A stretch of DNA of 64,000 nt. Origin: Prorocentrum cordatum (taxonomy: Eukaryota). The stretch spans positions 2,108,001 to 2,172,000 of the forward strand of contig CAUYUJ010000002.1 in NCBI GenBank assembly GCA_963575745.1. Reading direction: 5' to 3'. The notes below the pieces were generated by a model, which saw nothing but the letters and a program-made list of their open reading frames with translations, had not been told where the DNA came from and did no database searches. The translations under genes and the position numbers were made by a program. Positions 39,501-51,683 of the stretch are shown here, in pieces. Every line of letters starts with the position of its first letter. The stretch's first letter is position 1.

Positions 39501-42500
39501 GGTCCTCATGGCGACGGCCCAGAACTGCACGTACGGCAGTACATTATCACCTCCCCGACTTCAACAAATTCGAGAAGCAGTTCGCGACCATTTGGCTTCA
39601 ACCACTTGCTCCACCGACAGCCTCTTCCAGCTCTACTTGCCATACATCCGCAATCAATTGGGGGTTGCTGGGCTTGTGTTCTAATCGCCTTTCTTCTGGG
39701 GCATTGGGGACGGCAGCATTCGTCGGGGGGGCAGGTCCACTTAGGTCGGTCATCTCCGCGGCAGCCGTGGCAGCGTTTGCGCTGTGATCTCGAAGGGCCG
39801 AGTGCACCCCCTCCATCCGATCGATTGCGGGCGGGGGCAGCGAGCAGCGGCGCTACTGACAGTTAGGGCTTCGAGGGGCATGGGCAGGTTGTAGCAGCTG
39901 TCCCAGATGGGGGCGCGCTCGACGGGGGCGTTGCGGCGGGCTGCCGCCGTGGATTTTGGGCGCTTTGAGGGGTGGGTGGGGGATGGAAGCGATTGGCTCG
40001 GGGGTCGGGGTGGGGAAGCAGCGTTGACAGAGGCTAGCTCGGGCATGACGAGTCGCTGGGGCAGTTGGGGCATGGGGGCTGGCCGCGGATGATTAGGGGC
40101 GCTTGTTGGGTGGTTGGTGGTGGCGGGGTCGACGGGCAGAGGGCCGCCATCCTCCCCCCCCTCTTCCTCTACCTCCTCAGCCTCGCAATCAGGGGGGGGG
40201 GCGGGCCAGAGGTGCGCCCCTTGCGGGGGGAGGTTGGCGCGGTTGGGAGGGGGTGAGTAAATGATGGGGGTATGGTCGGCGTGATGGCAGAGGGTGCATG
40301 GGCTGGGGTGCGGGGGCAGCGGGGCTGGTCGAGGGCCATTTGCAGCCCCATTCCCGCGCCCCAGGTGGATCCTGCTTCAGCCGCGGGGGACGCCGATGTC
40401 ATTTGGAACGGCTTGAAGCACCACCCATTCTTGATGAACAAAGGGGAGCGAGTGAATTTAGGAAAATACCAGGCCCCCGTCCACATCGCGAAGAAAACTT
40501 TGGGGCTGTACTCGTTCAAATCATATTTTTTCAACGCCGCAGCTTTGCGCATCGGCCTCAAGGGCGCCGACCGCCGCCACCAGCCAGCGCCGCCCAAGCC
40601 CGCGGACCCCGAGTTGGAGGCCAAGCCCACTGTGAAGCAGGCTGGGAAGGAGCCGTGGACAGCTGAGACGACGAACCAACTCGACCGCGCTGCCTACGTG
40701 TTCGGCGACATCGAGAACTACTTCGTTCAACAAGTGATAGTGAACGTGCTGCACCCGACGTGCGAGCTGCACGCGAGGCGCCCCATGGTCAATTGTTGTC
40801 ATCATGTTAGTGCGGTTGTCGTAGCAGGTTGTAACGTTTGGGGCCCTCGGGGTTCGGATGGGCACCGCCATGCGGGATGGGGGTGGAGGAGGGGGGCAAG
40901 GGGGAGGGGGGGCTCTGGGCTGCGGGCGGGCCCGTCGAGCAGGCCGCGGCGTCAGGGCCCGTGGGCATAGGGGGATGTCAACGTCCCAGCGCGTGAGAAC
41001 GCCTGTGATTTGTTCGCAGATGTCTGGCGAGTGAAAGGTAAGGGCAGGAGGGGGACGGGAGGAAGGATTCAGGTGGAGGGGCACTGGAGGACGGGCATTG
41101 TATCAGGCAGGAGGGAGGACGGGCAGGGAAGTCGGCAGGAAGGTTCGGCGATGGGGAGGGGGGGGGAGGCGGGGATGAAGGGGGAGGAGGGAGGCGGAGG
41201 TGGATTGGAGGGGGGAGGCGCGGAGGGTTTTTATTGATGGGGGGGGTGGGCTAGCAGGCGGAGTCGCATCTATGCGTTTGCTCTCCCCCCCCCCTGTCTT
41301 CCCCCACCCAGGCAGAGCAGGCAGTTGAGGGAGCGCGGGGCGGCCCTCGATTGGGAGCTCGCCATGTGCCAGGGTCAGTACAAGGAGCTCGAGACCCAGG
41401 CGATCAGCAACTGGACGGACACGCAGAAGTACAACGACATGGGCGTCGAGGTCAGCTGGAACTCCACCACGCTGTGCTTGGACCACCCGCGGGTCGCCAG
41501 CTCCGACGAGCTGGCCAGCGCGATGGTCGGCCTGAGCATCGCGACTGCCATGGAGCATGCGAGGAGGAGCTTCTTGTACTCCCACGGGCTGCCGAGGCGC
41601 ATGGCCCTTTTGCTCCAAGACGGGTTGTGCGACCAATTCGCGACAGAGTTGAGGGAGGATTGGAGGCTGTACAGGAAGCTGAAGGACGAGTGCACGTTCC
41701 CTGGCTCGAAGGCCATGGCTGCGCGCTCCGTCTTCAACAAAATGCCCGTGCTGCAGCTCGTCCTCTGCCTGGAGGAGGAGCACTGGGTGGTCACGGAGAG
41801 GTCGGGGGCCTGGCGACACATGATATCTTACCATGTCGATGCCTTGCGCTAGCGCGCCAGGCGCGTTAGGGCGGGGCATCGGTCGAGTAGGGTGTCTGTT
41901 TCGTCTCCAGGTTACGCAAGTGGGTGAGGAGGGTGGGGGACCGCTTCATCTGCCAGCAATTGGTTGAGGACAGCTTTGGGAAGGTGAAGTCGAGAGTGGA
42001 CAGGATGTCCAACACGGTGTGCACACCGCAGGCCACAATGGCTGTGATCGTGGACTCGAAGGTGCTCAGCACTACCCACAGGTACATCGAGGTGGACCGC
42101 AACGACGTCGCACCAGAGCGTGGAGCAGTTCTCGACCCACGCGCATTCAAGCCAGCGCTGCAGCGGCGCCTGCTGGACGTGGCCACCCGCAACTTGAAGC
42201 TGTTTGACGTGAGCGGCACGGGCCCTCCCTCGTGGTACTCGACTTCGGCCCACAACTACTGCGAGAACCTCGTGGACCTCGAGGTCATCAGGCAGGCGAA
42301 TCGCGCGGGCAAGATGGAGTCGCTGCACCGCAGGTGGTTGGCAGGCCTCGCGAACGACGGCATCATCCTGAGGCGCGTTGGGACCGAGGATTGGATGCTC
42401 GGCCTGGGGTGCCTGAGCACCAGCCTGGCTGTGGGCTGGCCCATGCGGAGGCTCGGAGTCGGCGTCGCCAAGTGGGTCCCCGACCTTGCCAAGGAGCGGC

Positions 42501-45500
42501 AAATGTTCATCATCCTGGACCCCGCGGAGTGGCAGGCCTTCGAAGTCCAGTACCGCTCCCCCCTCCACCAGGCGGTGCGCCTCGAGATGACTGTCAAGGG
42601 CCCAGCGTCGAACTCGGAGACCGACGTCGACCTGCAGGACTGCGGCGGGCTTGGGGGGGGGAGGGGGGGGGCGAGGGTGAACGCAAGCAGCAAACGGGGT
42701 TTAAGGAGGAGGGTGCAGGAGGAGGAATCATATAGATGAGCGAGGGCACTGTTAGCTGCTGAATGCCATGCCCGATGGGCGGCTCGCCGTGGGCATGCGC
42801 GTCTACCCCCCTCCTCCTGCGCCCCTCCCCCCTTCCCTCCCTCCTCGCTATCCTCCCTCTCGCCCTTCCCCCCTCCCCTCCCTCTTCCTCCCCTCTTCCC
42901 CCTCCCGCCTCCCGCTCCCCCCCCAACGCATCCCCCCGCCCTTCCCTCTCCACCCCCCCCCACCTCCCACCTCTCATCCTCTTCATCTTCCTACCTCCCA
43001 CCCCCGCCGGCGGGAGCGTCGGGGGCGGGGGAGGGGGTCGGGCGGCGGCGGCCAGGGGGTGCGGATGGGGGGGGGGGAGGGTCGGGCGGGATGGCGAAGG
43101 AGGGCGGTTCGGGAGGGGTCGGCGGGCAAGGGGGGGGGGGAAGGAGATCGGATGGGGGTGCGTTTTTTTTGGGGGGGGTCGGGGAGGGGGGTCGGGAGGG
43201 CAGGGGGGGATGATGGACGGGCGGGGGTCGAGGGGGATACCTGGTGACCTGGGTGGGGCGGGGCATTGGGAAGGGGGGCCTGCTTCGACGCCGTTCTGTT
43301 TTGCAATTGTGTTTTCAATATCGCTACGTTTTCGTGTTATGTATGCCCCACAATTTTAAAATGGCAACTTTCGTAATTTAGCTTCGAGTCGCGCCGTCGT
43401 CGCGCATGGCCCGTACAACATCAGTCTAGCGCAGATTGTTGTTTGCATTGGCGCCGCGTCTCTAAATGCGATACGGTACTTCGCCGCGTTGTCGCTTCGA
43501 ACTTACTGTTCGCCCAGCTTCGCCTGCCCGTTGCGCGCGCGGAAGGGGCGTGCAAGCACATGCGTGCCATGCGCGTCGGGTGTCGATGTATTTTTTGGGG
43601 TGGCTGATCGCGCTGTAGCTGGAGGTGTTGGCGCAGTCGCCACATGCGTTTCCATCTGTGTATTCGCCCACAAGCGCCCGTTAGGGCACCGCGTATGTCT
43701 TCGCACAGCCCCCGCCGAGCTCCCCCCCGCATGCACCCCGCGCCTTGCCTGCGAGCGGCCGCGCCGCCCTGAACATCCTCAGGGCGGCGCGGCAATTCTG
43801 CCTTCTGTCCGACGCTTGCTCGCGGCGCGGCGCGGTGGCGCGGGCGGGCCGCGCGCGCCGCATTGCGCTTCCCAGTCGGGGCTTAGGTTGCCCTGAGCAT
43901 CGCGTGCGGCGCAATTGTGTATGGGATCGCACGTGTGTCTCTTGACATTTTCATGGGCGCGTTAACATGCCGCTCGCTTTGCTCATCGTGGGCAGATGTG
44001 TACATCTACATTTATACTTGTCTAGATATGCAGCGAACTCGGCATTGATACCGAATGATAATACCGTAGCGGTGGCGATAGCGGGATCGATATTGATATG
44101 GATAGCTTATGGTATCGGTGCAAGCATGGATTTCGGCCGTGGGAGCGGCAGTAGGATCGATGGATAGTGATATCGCTTCTGGTATCGGTTGTTGGTGGGT
44201 CGTGAGATCGTCGCGGTGCGGCGACCATTGCGCTCTCCGACCGCCCCCCCGTTTGTGCGCCCGTGGTCATTACCCCGCCCCGCCCCACGCAGAATGCCGT
44301 GCGGGTCGCGGGCCACGCGGGCGGCTGCGGCGCCGCCAGTGGGGCGCATCGCGGACATGTTGTATACATGGGCTGACGACGCATGCAGCATCGCCGTTGG
44401 CCGATATGGGGGAGGGGTAGTCGGGGGCGCGGGAGGTGGGTGGGGTGGGGCGGGGGGCGCTCGCGCGCGCAGCGCCTTATTGGCAGAAAACGGCTTGCCC
44501 CGCAATGCATTTGACGCGCGAGTTCTCGGGTGCCCGCATCCTCGCGTAGTTCTCCCGATGATGGTGCGCCTCCGTGCACGAGCGAAGATGCCGCGCCCCC
44601 TCGAGAGAGGGCGCCGAGCTTGGCCAGTGCCGCCGCCAGAGATCGCCACGGGAGCCCGCGGAGGGGGGGGCTTGGTGGGTCGGCAGCCGCTGCTGCCATG
44701 TTCAATGGTGGTGTCGTTGCCAGACCATTGCGTTGGGCGGTCGTTTTTTCCCCAGCCCGCGCCGCTGCGCCGAGCCCCCGTTTGGGCCCGCGGCGCCATG
44801 TGTTCCCCGCTCACCTTCCCGCCCTCCTCTCCCGCGCCCCCAGGGCCCCTTCGCGCGCCCTCGGCATGTCCCAGCGCGTTGCCCGCACGCGGCGCGCGGC
44901 GGTCGGGGCGCGACTTGCAAGTGGCATCATCGCGCATGCCGTTGAACGCGGGTTCGCGCATGCACCGTTCCGCAGGACATGCGTGCGGACGTGTATGCGC
45001 AGCGTTGGGCGCCTTTCTGGCTGTTCTGGAATGCGCGGTCGCGCCGCCAGGGGGTGCGCCGTCGCCGCCGCCGCGCTTTCTTCTTTCAGGGCGTCGGCGG
45101 CTGTCGCCGAACATCGCGCAAGCACGGCGCTGTCCGCGTCGGGCGACCATGGCCAGGCGCGCGAGCCATCGCCGTTGGCGGGATGCGGGCGAGCGTGGCG
45201 CAGGCGCGCGGGTTGCCCGATGTGGCTAGGTGCCAGGCCGAAGAGATGACGCGGAGCCGCGCAGCGGGGAAATCCGCCAAGTCGGGCGGGCCCCCAGGAA
45301 TGAGCATTCCGCGCCGAGATGCGCTCCGAGGCAAGGCGCGCCCCGAGCAGCGGGCGGGCGCCCGCGCCCCAGTGCCCGCCCCCGCATGCGGCCGTGGCGG
45401 CGGATGCTCGGCCCTCCGCGGGCAGTTCGATGCCCGCGTTTACATTTCCGTTGCTCTCTCATTGAAAAACGCACGGCGCGCGGCCTACGTTGACGCGGGG

Positions 45501-48500
45501 CTCGACGAGGCTCGAGCTGGGGGCGACGGGCGCTCGTGCACCAGGGGGCATTCTGCATTTCGAGTGCGCGCCAGCAGCGGGCCCCGCTGGCGCTGGCGAA
45601 TCGCTGCGGGCCGCTGGCCTTCGGCGACCCTTTCGGAGATGCGGCTGGGCCTCTTGTGCGACGCCACGTCGATGGCGGACTCGGGCCCGACGCGCCGCTT
45701 CCATGCAGAGCTTTCACGCGGGCGGGCAAGGTTTCAGATGGCGCGGCGGCGGCCGCGATCCACCCCCGCCGCGCGGCCCGCCGCAAGCCTGCGCGCCGCC
45801 TGTTCTTGCGTGCGCGAGGAGGGGGGGAGGGGCGCGCGCCGCCCGCGCCCGCGGCGGTCGGGGAGCGGCCGCCCGCGCCCGCGGTGGCCGATGCGCCGCG
45901 GCAGCCGCCGCCAACTGGCGCGCCCGACGAGGGAGGGGCCGCCGCCCGCAGGAGAAGTCGTAACAATGCTTCCGTATGTGAACCAGTGGAACGATTAATG
46001 GAACGCACCCGCTGGTTCATTGCGAACGCCAGTTGGTGGGGGTCTGGGTGGGGGTGGGGATCGCGGCGGTTCCCCTGTGCTGGTACTCTACGGCAGCAAG
46101 CCAGGCCCATGCCGTTGTCTCTGCTTGTCCCCAATGGCCAGGGCGGCGCCCTGCCCACCGCGTTCCCCCTCCCCGCCCGCGTCGCGCGATTTCTCCATTG
46201 CACCTGCGCCAACGGGAGGGGGGGCTGAGATTTTTGGCCGACGAGGGCCGACGACAACGAGGGCCGTCGGCGACGACGAGAACGACGACGATGGCGACCG
46301 ACCCGCGGCGAGGACCGACGGCGACGGCGGCAGATGACGGACGACGGGCGACAGGCGACGGGCGACGAACAGCGGGCGAGGAGGAGGACGAGGCGGGCTG
46401 AGGGAGAGGATGAGGATGTGCGTGTGTGTGGGGGGGGGGGGGGGGAGAAGGAGGAGGGCGGGGGCGGGGCAATGGGGGGGGGAGGAGGGCAGGGGGATGA
46501 TGAGGGGGAGGAGGAAGCGGGGGAACGACGACGTCGAGGTAGATTTCGGGTTTGGCGAGCCATTACGGGTTTGCAGCTTTCGCGACGGGGGCCCGCGCCC
46601 CGCCGCTTGCGCACTGGCGGCGGGTCACCTCGCAATGTCGCCAGAAAGCGCGCTTGGCGCGGTGCGAGCGCGGGTGGTCGTGGCATCTGGCGCCGCGGCT
46701 GACGCGGCCGTTGGGCGGTTGTTGGCGCCGCGCCCATGCGCGAGTTCTGCCGCGCTGTCGGGGCCGAGCATTCCAACGCCCTGGCAAGCCCAGCGGTTGC
46801 AACGAGTGAGCGCAGGAATGTTGCCTGAACAAATGCGGCCCGCCAGCGCAATGCATCGGCGTGAACGTCGCCCGCGACGCAGTGGCGCTTGCCCATCGGG
46901 GATGACGCGCGGCGCGTATTGTTAGGGCGTCGGGTTCCACGAGGCTGCGCGGGGTTGCGCGGCGGTGCGATATTGGGCGGGGCGGCTGCAGGTGCGACCC
47001 GCCAGTGACGCCCTCGTGGAGCTCTTCGCTGGACAGGCGCGGCGCGTTCGCTGCCGACGCAGATGCTTCGACGGCGCCGCGCGCCGCGCCAGGTGCGCCA
47101 CGGCGCCGAGCATGCATGGCCCGCGCGCCCCAGGCACGCTTGGCGGGGGCGCGCCTGGCACGCTCGCGCGGGTTGCCGCGCCCGCGAGCGCGGCTGGCAG
47201 ATGCGTTGCAGGCGCGCCTGCGCGGGGCGCGCCCAGCATGCCGCGGGCAGCGCTTTTGCCAGGTACGCGACCACGCCGAGGGCGCCTGGCGCCCGCGCGC
47301 GGGGCACGCCACGACGTGGCCAGCCCGCTTTGCATTGTGCTTCGGTGCCGTTGGTGTCGAAGGTACAGCGGGATGGGCAAGGCCAACCAAGTGCCCCCCC
47401 AATGCCCCTCAGGAGGGGGCCGCAGGCGAAGGATGCCGCCTCCGTCCGCCGCATGGGCGGCCCGTGCTTCTGCGTTGTATGTTTTCCTGGTGGTGGTGGT
47501 GGTGGTGATGTTTGGCGGGCTCCATTGCTTGTGTAGTGCGGATCGTCTGTGGGTGTGCTGATGGCGACCACGTGGTGGTGGTGATGGTGGTGGTAAGGAT
47601 TGTTGCCTATGGTGGTGGTAACGGTGGTCATGGTCCATGTGGTGGCGGTGATGCAGGTGGTGGCGATGATGGCGGTGACGTTGGCGATGGTGATGGCACC
47701 ACTGGCGCTTGCGATGGTGACCCATACGGCGATGGCGATGGCGACGGTGCTCGCCCCCAGTCGCGCCCATTCAGCGCGGGAGCGATCTCGCAGAAGTGTT
47801 GTCTCGGGTATCATTGCTCAGTGGCAGCCCCCCTTGGCATCCACGGGGCTTTTGCATCGGGCACGTCCTGGAGGGGCCGCGTGGCCGACTTGGGCGTTCC
47901 GAGGGGGGGTCGGGGGTGGGGGGGGGGAGGGGGCGGGGGTCGGGCCCCCCGCGGGTCATGCGAAGGGCTCTCTGGCACCATCTCGGGTTACCGTAGGCGA
48001 CATCGTGAGCCATGGCTGGCTTTGCGGGGGGCATCTTGGAAGCGCGACGGGCCTTCTTGAGCTCGCGCGCCTACCATCTTAGCCGCCCCCCCTTTTTTCT
48101 CACTGGAGTGGCGGGGCGCGGGGTGGCGGGGTGGGGGAGGGGGGGGGGGGCTCTCTGCAGACTGCTGCCCCCGATAGGGATGGGGATGCAATCGTCGAGC
48201 TACTCAGATCGTTCGCGGCAAGAGAGTGGGGGTGATTTCGTTGGACCCTTGCGCGGGCCGTTGCCCGCGGGAGCCTCCGCGCGGTTGCTCCCGCGGCAGC
48301 ATTTCTCCTGGCCCTGGGCCGAGCCCTCGCGGGGCGCGGCCGCCGCGCGCCTTCCGCTGGATTCGGGTTGGGTAATGTGCCCCCATGTTTTTTTGTCGCA
48401 TTTGGGTTTTTTTTCCCCATCCGTTTCCCCAGTGTTTCGCAGTGCCCCCGCTCCAGCCACGCGCACCTTCGGCGCGGGCGGCCCCCCGCCCTCGGTTCGT

Positions 48501-50462
48501 TCACCGTTGCCGCATTTATCGGTTGCCACGTTCCAATTTCCGTCACCATTTGTCACATGGGTGTTCCCGTGTTTCATGGTTTGATGTTGTTTCGCATGGG
48601 TGGAGAAATCCATGTCCGTTCGTAAGTTGCGATTCCTTAAGGTCGTCCGCTCAACGTGTGCACGTGTGTTCAATGGTGTCGAATCGGGCCCGCGGGGGAG
48701 GGGGGCGCGGGATGGGGCGGCGCAGGGGTGGAGAGGGGGGGGGGGGTCGGGGGCGGGATGGCGAGGGAAGGGAGGGGATGGGGGGGGTGGGGAGGGGGTC
48801 GGGGGAGGGGAACGGAGCTTTCGTCTCCTCCGCCCGTTTCTGCTTCCCGCTTGTCCTTGCCGCCCGCCCCCTCCCTCCTCGCGCGCACCCCCGTCGCCCC
48901 CCTAGAGGATGGCGCCAAGTACCCCCGCGTGCCCATCGTCGCGGCGCAGGTGGGCGACGTGATGCCGCTGCTCACCCTGGCGGCCAAGCAGGGGTTCTGG
49001 AAGCTCCCAGCCTGGTGGATGCGGGAGCTTTGCGACTACATGGAGGTCGACTACAAGTCGGCGGGCCTCGCGGACTTGATCGTGGCTGCTTGCGGGAAGA
49101 TCCTGGCCCCCATCTCCCAGGAGGGCTTGTTGGCGATCCTGCAGAAGCGCGCCTTGTCCTTCGAGGACGACCGCTGGACAGAGGAGTTGCTGACCTTGGA
49201 GTGGGTCACGGACGCGTTCGACCAGAAGGTCTCGGAGGAGGTCGCGAAGGAAGTGAAGAAGAGCCACACCACCACGACCGAGAAGCAGGACTTCCACAAG
49301 GACCTCAACAAGTTTCGGGTGCAGGGGGGTTGCTCTAAACATTCAGCGTCGAAATGTCCACTCGCCAGTGCCAGTGCGTTCGTTTTGCGCTTTGTGAATC
49401 CCCTCCCCCGCCCCGCCCAGGGGCCATGCCCAGCGCAGTTGTCGCGTCGGCTCCTGGTCGGCTTACTCGCGAGATCGTTGGGGAAGGTGGGGGAAGGGGC
49501 GGGGCAACGGGCGGGGGCAATCTGAGTTTGCATCACGGATAGGAGGTCGTGGGCGCGGGCGACGGGGGTGGCGGCGAAAACAGATCTGCGGGTCAGGGTG
49601 CGGACAGGCAGGGGCGGCGGCGGGGTGGGCGACGCGGGAGCAGCAGGAGGTACGTATGATGAGGAGGACGTGAATGAGGATCATGTTGAACGTGATGATT
49701 GGGATCAGTAGGGCCAGGAGGGTGAGGGCCAGGACAACGAGGAGGGAGCCCGCCCATCCAGAGACGATGCCCAGGTGATTTGCCCTGATCGGTTGAGTGC
49801 GGCATCATCTGGCAGTTGTCTGGGGGAACCCTGGAGGTCCCTTGGTGTAATTTTGGGGCCCGTCTGGGGCAGCCCTGGGAGTCTTCCAGGGGGCATTATG
49901 GTGGGGGATGCGGTCGGGTCACCCTGGAGGCTTTGGGTGCCATCTGGAGGCTTTCTTGCAGTGCATGGGTCATGGAACGCTGCTTTCTGAATGCAGCCTG
50001 CTGCACCTTCAGACCCCAGAGTAGCCGAGCACGGCGACGACGACGACGACTGAAACGACGACGACGACCGACACCGACGACGACGCCGACGGCGACGGCG
50101 ACGGCGACCGACGACCGACGACCGACGACGACGACGACGACGACGACCGAAGACCGACGACCGACAGCGACGACGACGACGACCACGATGACGACGCCGA
50201 CGACGAAGACGACGACGAAGACGACGACGAGGACCGACAATCGACGACCGACGACCGACGACCGACGACCGACGGCCGACGACCGACGGCCGACAACCGA
50301 CGACCGACGATCGGCGACCGACGACCGACGGCGACGACCGACGACGACGCCCGACGACCGACGACCGACGACCGACGACCGACGACCGACGACAACCGGC
50401 CACCGACGACCGACGCCGACGACCGATGCCGACGACCGACGCCGACGACCGACGACCGACGC

Positions 50463-50493
<31 letters not shown>

Positions 50494-50529
50494 CGCCGAC
50501 GACTGACGACGACGACCGACGACGACGAC

Positions 50530-50560
<31 letters not shown>

Positions 50561-51115
50561 CGACAACCACGGCGACCGACGACCGTCGACCGCCGACCGA
50601 CGACCGACGACGATGGCGACGGCGACGACGACGACATCGACGTCGGACGGCCCGTGTATGTCGGCCTCTGTATTTGAAGCGGGCCTCGCCAACGATCCAT
50701 CCTAGCTGCAGGTGCCTGGCATTATCGCGTCGCCCGTCGTCTCCCCCGAGCCCCCCCCTTGCCTCGCCGCCGCCCATCCCAGGTGAAGGTGAAGGGGAAG
50801 CCGCCAGCGGCGAAGAGCAAGAACCACCCCATGTACCAGAAGGACTACAAGGTCGCCGCGCTGAGCCCAGAGAAAGACCTCAGCCAGCGCGAGGCGAAGG
50901 CGTACTGCCCTCCAGGTTGCCACATCTGGAGGGCGAACGTGAGGGGAGGGTGGCACTACCATTTAAAGCCGCACAAGCGCGGCAGCTGTCCCTGGAGCAG
51001 GTTTGGAGGCGACAGCTTCGCAGCCATGAAATCATGCATGGCAGACGCGTGGAGGCTGTGGCTGTCCGACCGCGGGCTCCCCGATTCCCACTGCCCGATT
51101 CCTGGGCTTCTCTGA
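26126..51115 (+). CDS. Large DDE-type transposase (about 1,476 aa from ATG 26126, or 1,458 aa from ATG 26307); hAT/P/MULE/Kolobok-like DxxH architecture; possible C-terminal AP2-like domain
   Basis: Exons: 26126-26174 (tentative), 26302-26429, 27559-28254, 34649-34894, 35833-36039, 36362-36481, 37844-37941, 38952-39278, 39477-39663, 40365-40777, 41312-41800, 41911-42637, 48908-49318, 50783-51115. Total 4431 nt, in frame to TGA. Candidate catalytic motifs: LSMAGPDGT (D 36392), LNIATDMG (D 39154), DVAH (39235-39246), QQLVEDSF (E 41966). Confidence 0.75.
28640..34380. mobile_element. Decayed nested insertion in a transposase intron, copy 2; boundaries approximate
   Basis: Homologous to about 3870-9600; lies inside the 6.4-kb intron 28255-34648. 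Confidence 0.45.
43290..48680 (-). mobile_element. Second decayed nested insertion or composite; possibly includes a minus-strand non-LTR remnant; boundaries approximate
   Basis: Lies in the 6.3-kb intron 42638-48907 and has AT-richer ends. Weak minus-strand APE-like remnants (VNVGRAP near 45490; RPTQWSGNDTTIE near 44720) are interleaved with GAC and GGT microsatellites. Its start is also present at about 18750-19533. Confidence 0.35.
50030..50645. repeat. (GAC)n/(GACC) compound microsatellite in the last transposase intron
   Basis: Directly visible gacgaccgacgaccgacgac runs. Confidence 0.9.
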
Positions 51116-51683
51116 GGCAGGGTGCAACGGCTCTGGTTGGTGTTGCGACGGGCCCAGGGTCCATTCACCAGGACAGGTTTCTGCGAGCAAGCCGTTGCCC
51201 CCTGGCCTTCGGGGTTTTCTGCGCAGTTTCATTGGTTTTTGCGTTCGGGCTGAAGGGGGCGCCCACGCTGCGGATCGGCTCTTCGAACGGCGCGGGATGC
51301 GCCTTCTGAGAAACGAGTGCCTTCGCATCTCCCAGTCTCCGTCGAACGGGCGGGGGGGCCATGGCAGGGTCGTCGCCCCGCCCAAGGCTTTACGGCCACG
51401 TTCTGGCCAGAGGTTTTGGGGGGAGAGGAGGGGGGGGGGGTAATAGGTGAAGCGCCGGCTCGGGGCCATGGAACGGGGCGGTGGCGGGAGGAGCGTTGCC
51501 AGGGCAATGTTTCAGGAGGTGGGCTCGGGAACTGCATCGAATGACATGGGCGGGTGTGGAGGGGGCGGTCTTGGCATGCAATATGGCGTGCCCCCCGTGC
51601 GCGCGGCCCCGTGCCGCCGCAGCTTCTAGCCAGAGGGATTTGTTGTTTCGGGTCCACGGCCGCCTGGGAGCTGCGCGCCCGCG

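Noticed and set aside
1..44076. Reading the two long copies as LTRs or terminal direct repeats of one element
   Set aside because: The repeat is over 19 kb, contains the genes themselves, ends at an assembly gap, and is internal to the TIR-bounded unit.
45226..47814. 862-aa minus-strand ORF
   Set aside because: Runs through microsatellites and G/C runs, has low complexity, and lies within a transposase intron.
49816..51309. 497-aa ORF and overlapping Thr/Asp/Arg-repeat ORFs
   Set aside because: These are translations of the GAC microsatellite. The real coding part is 50783-51115 in another frame.
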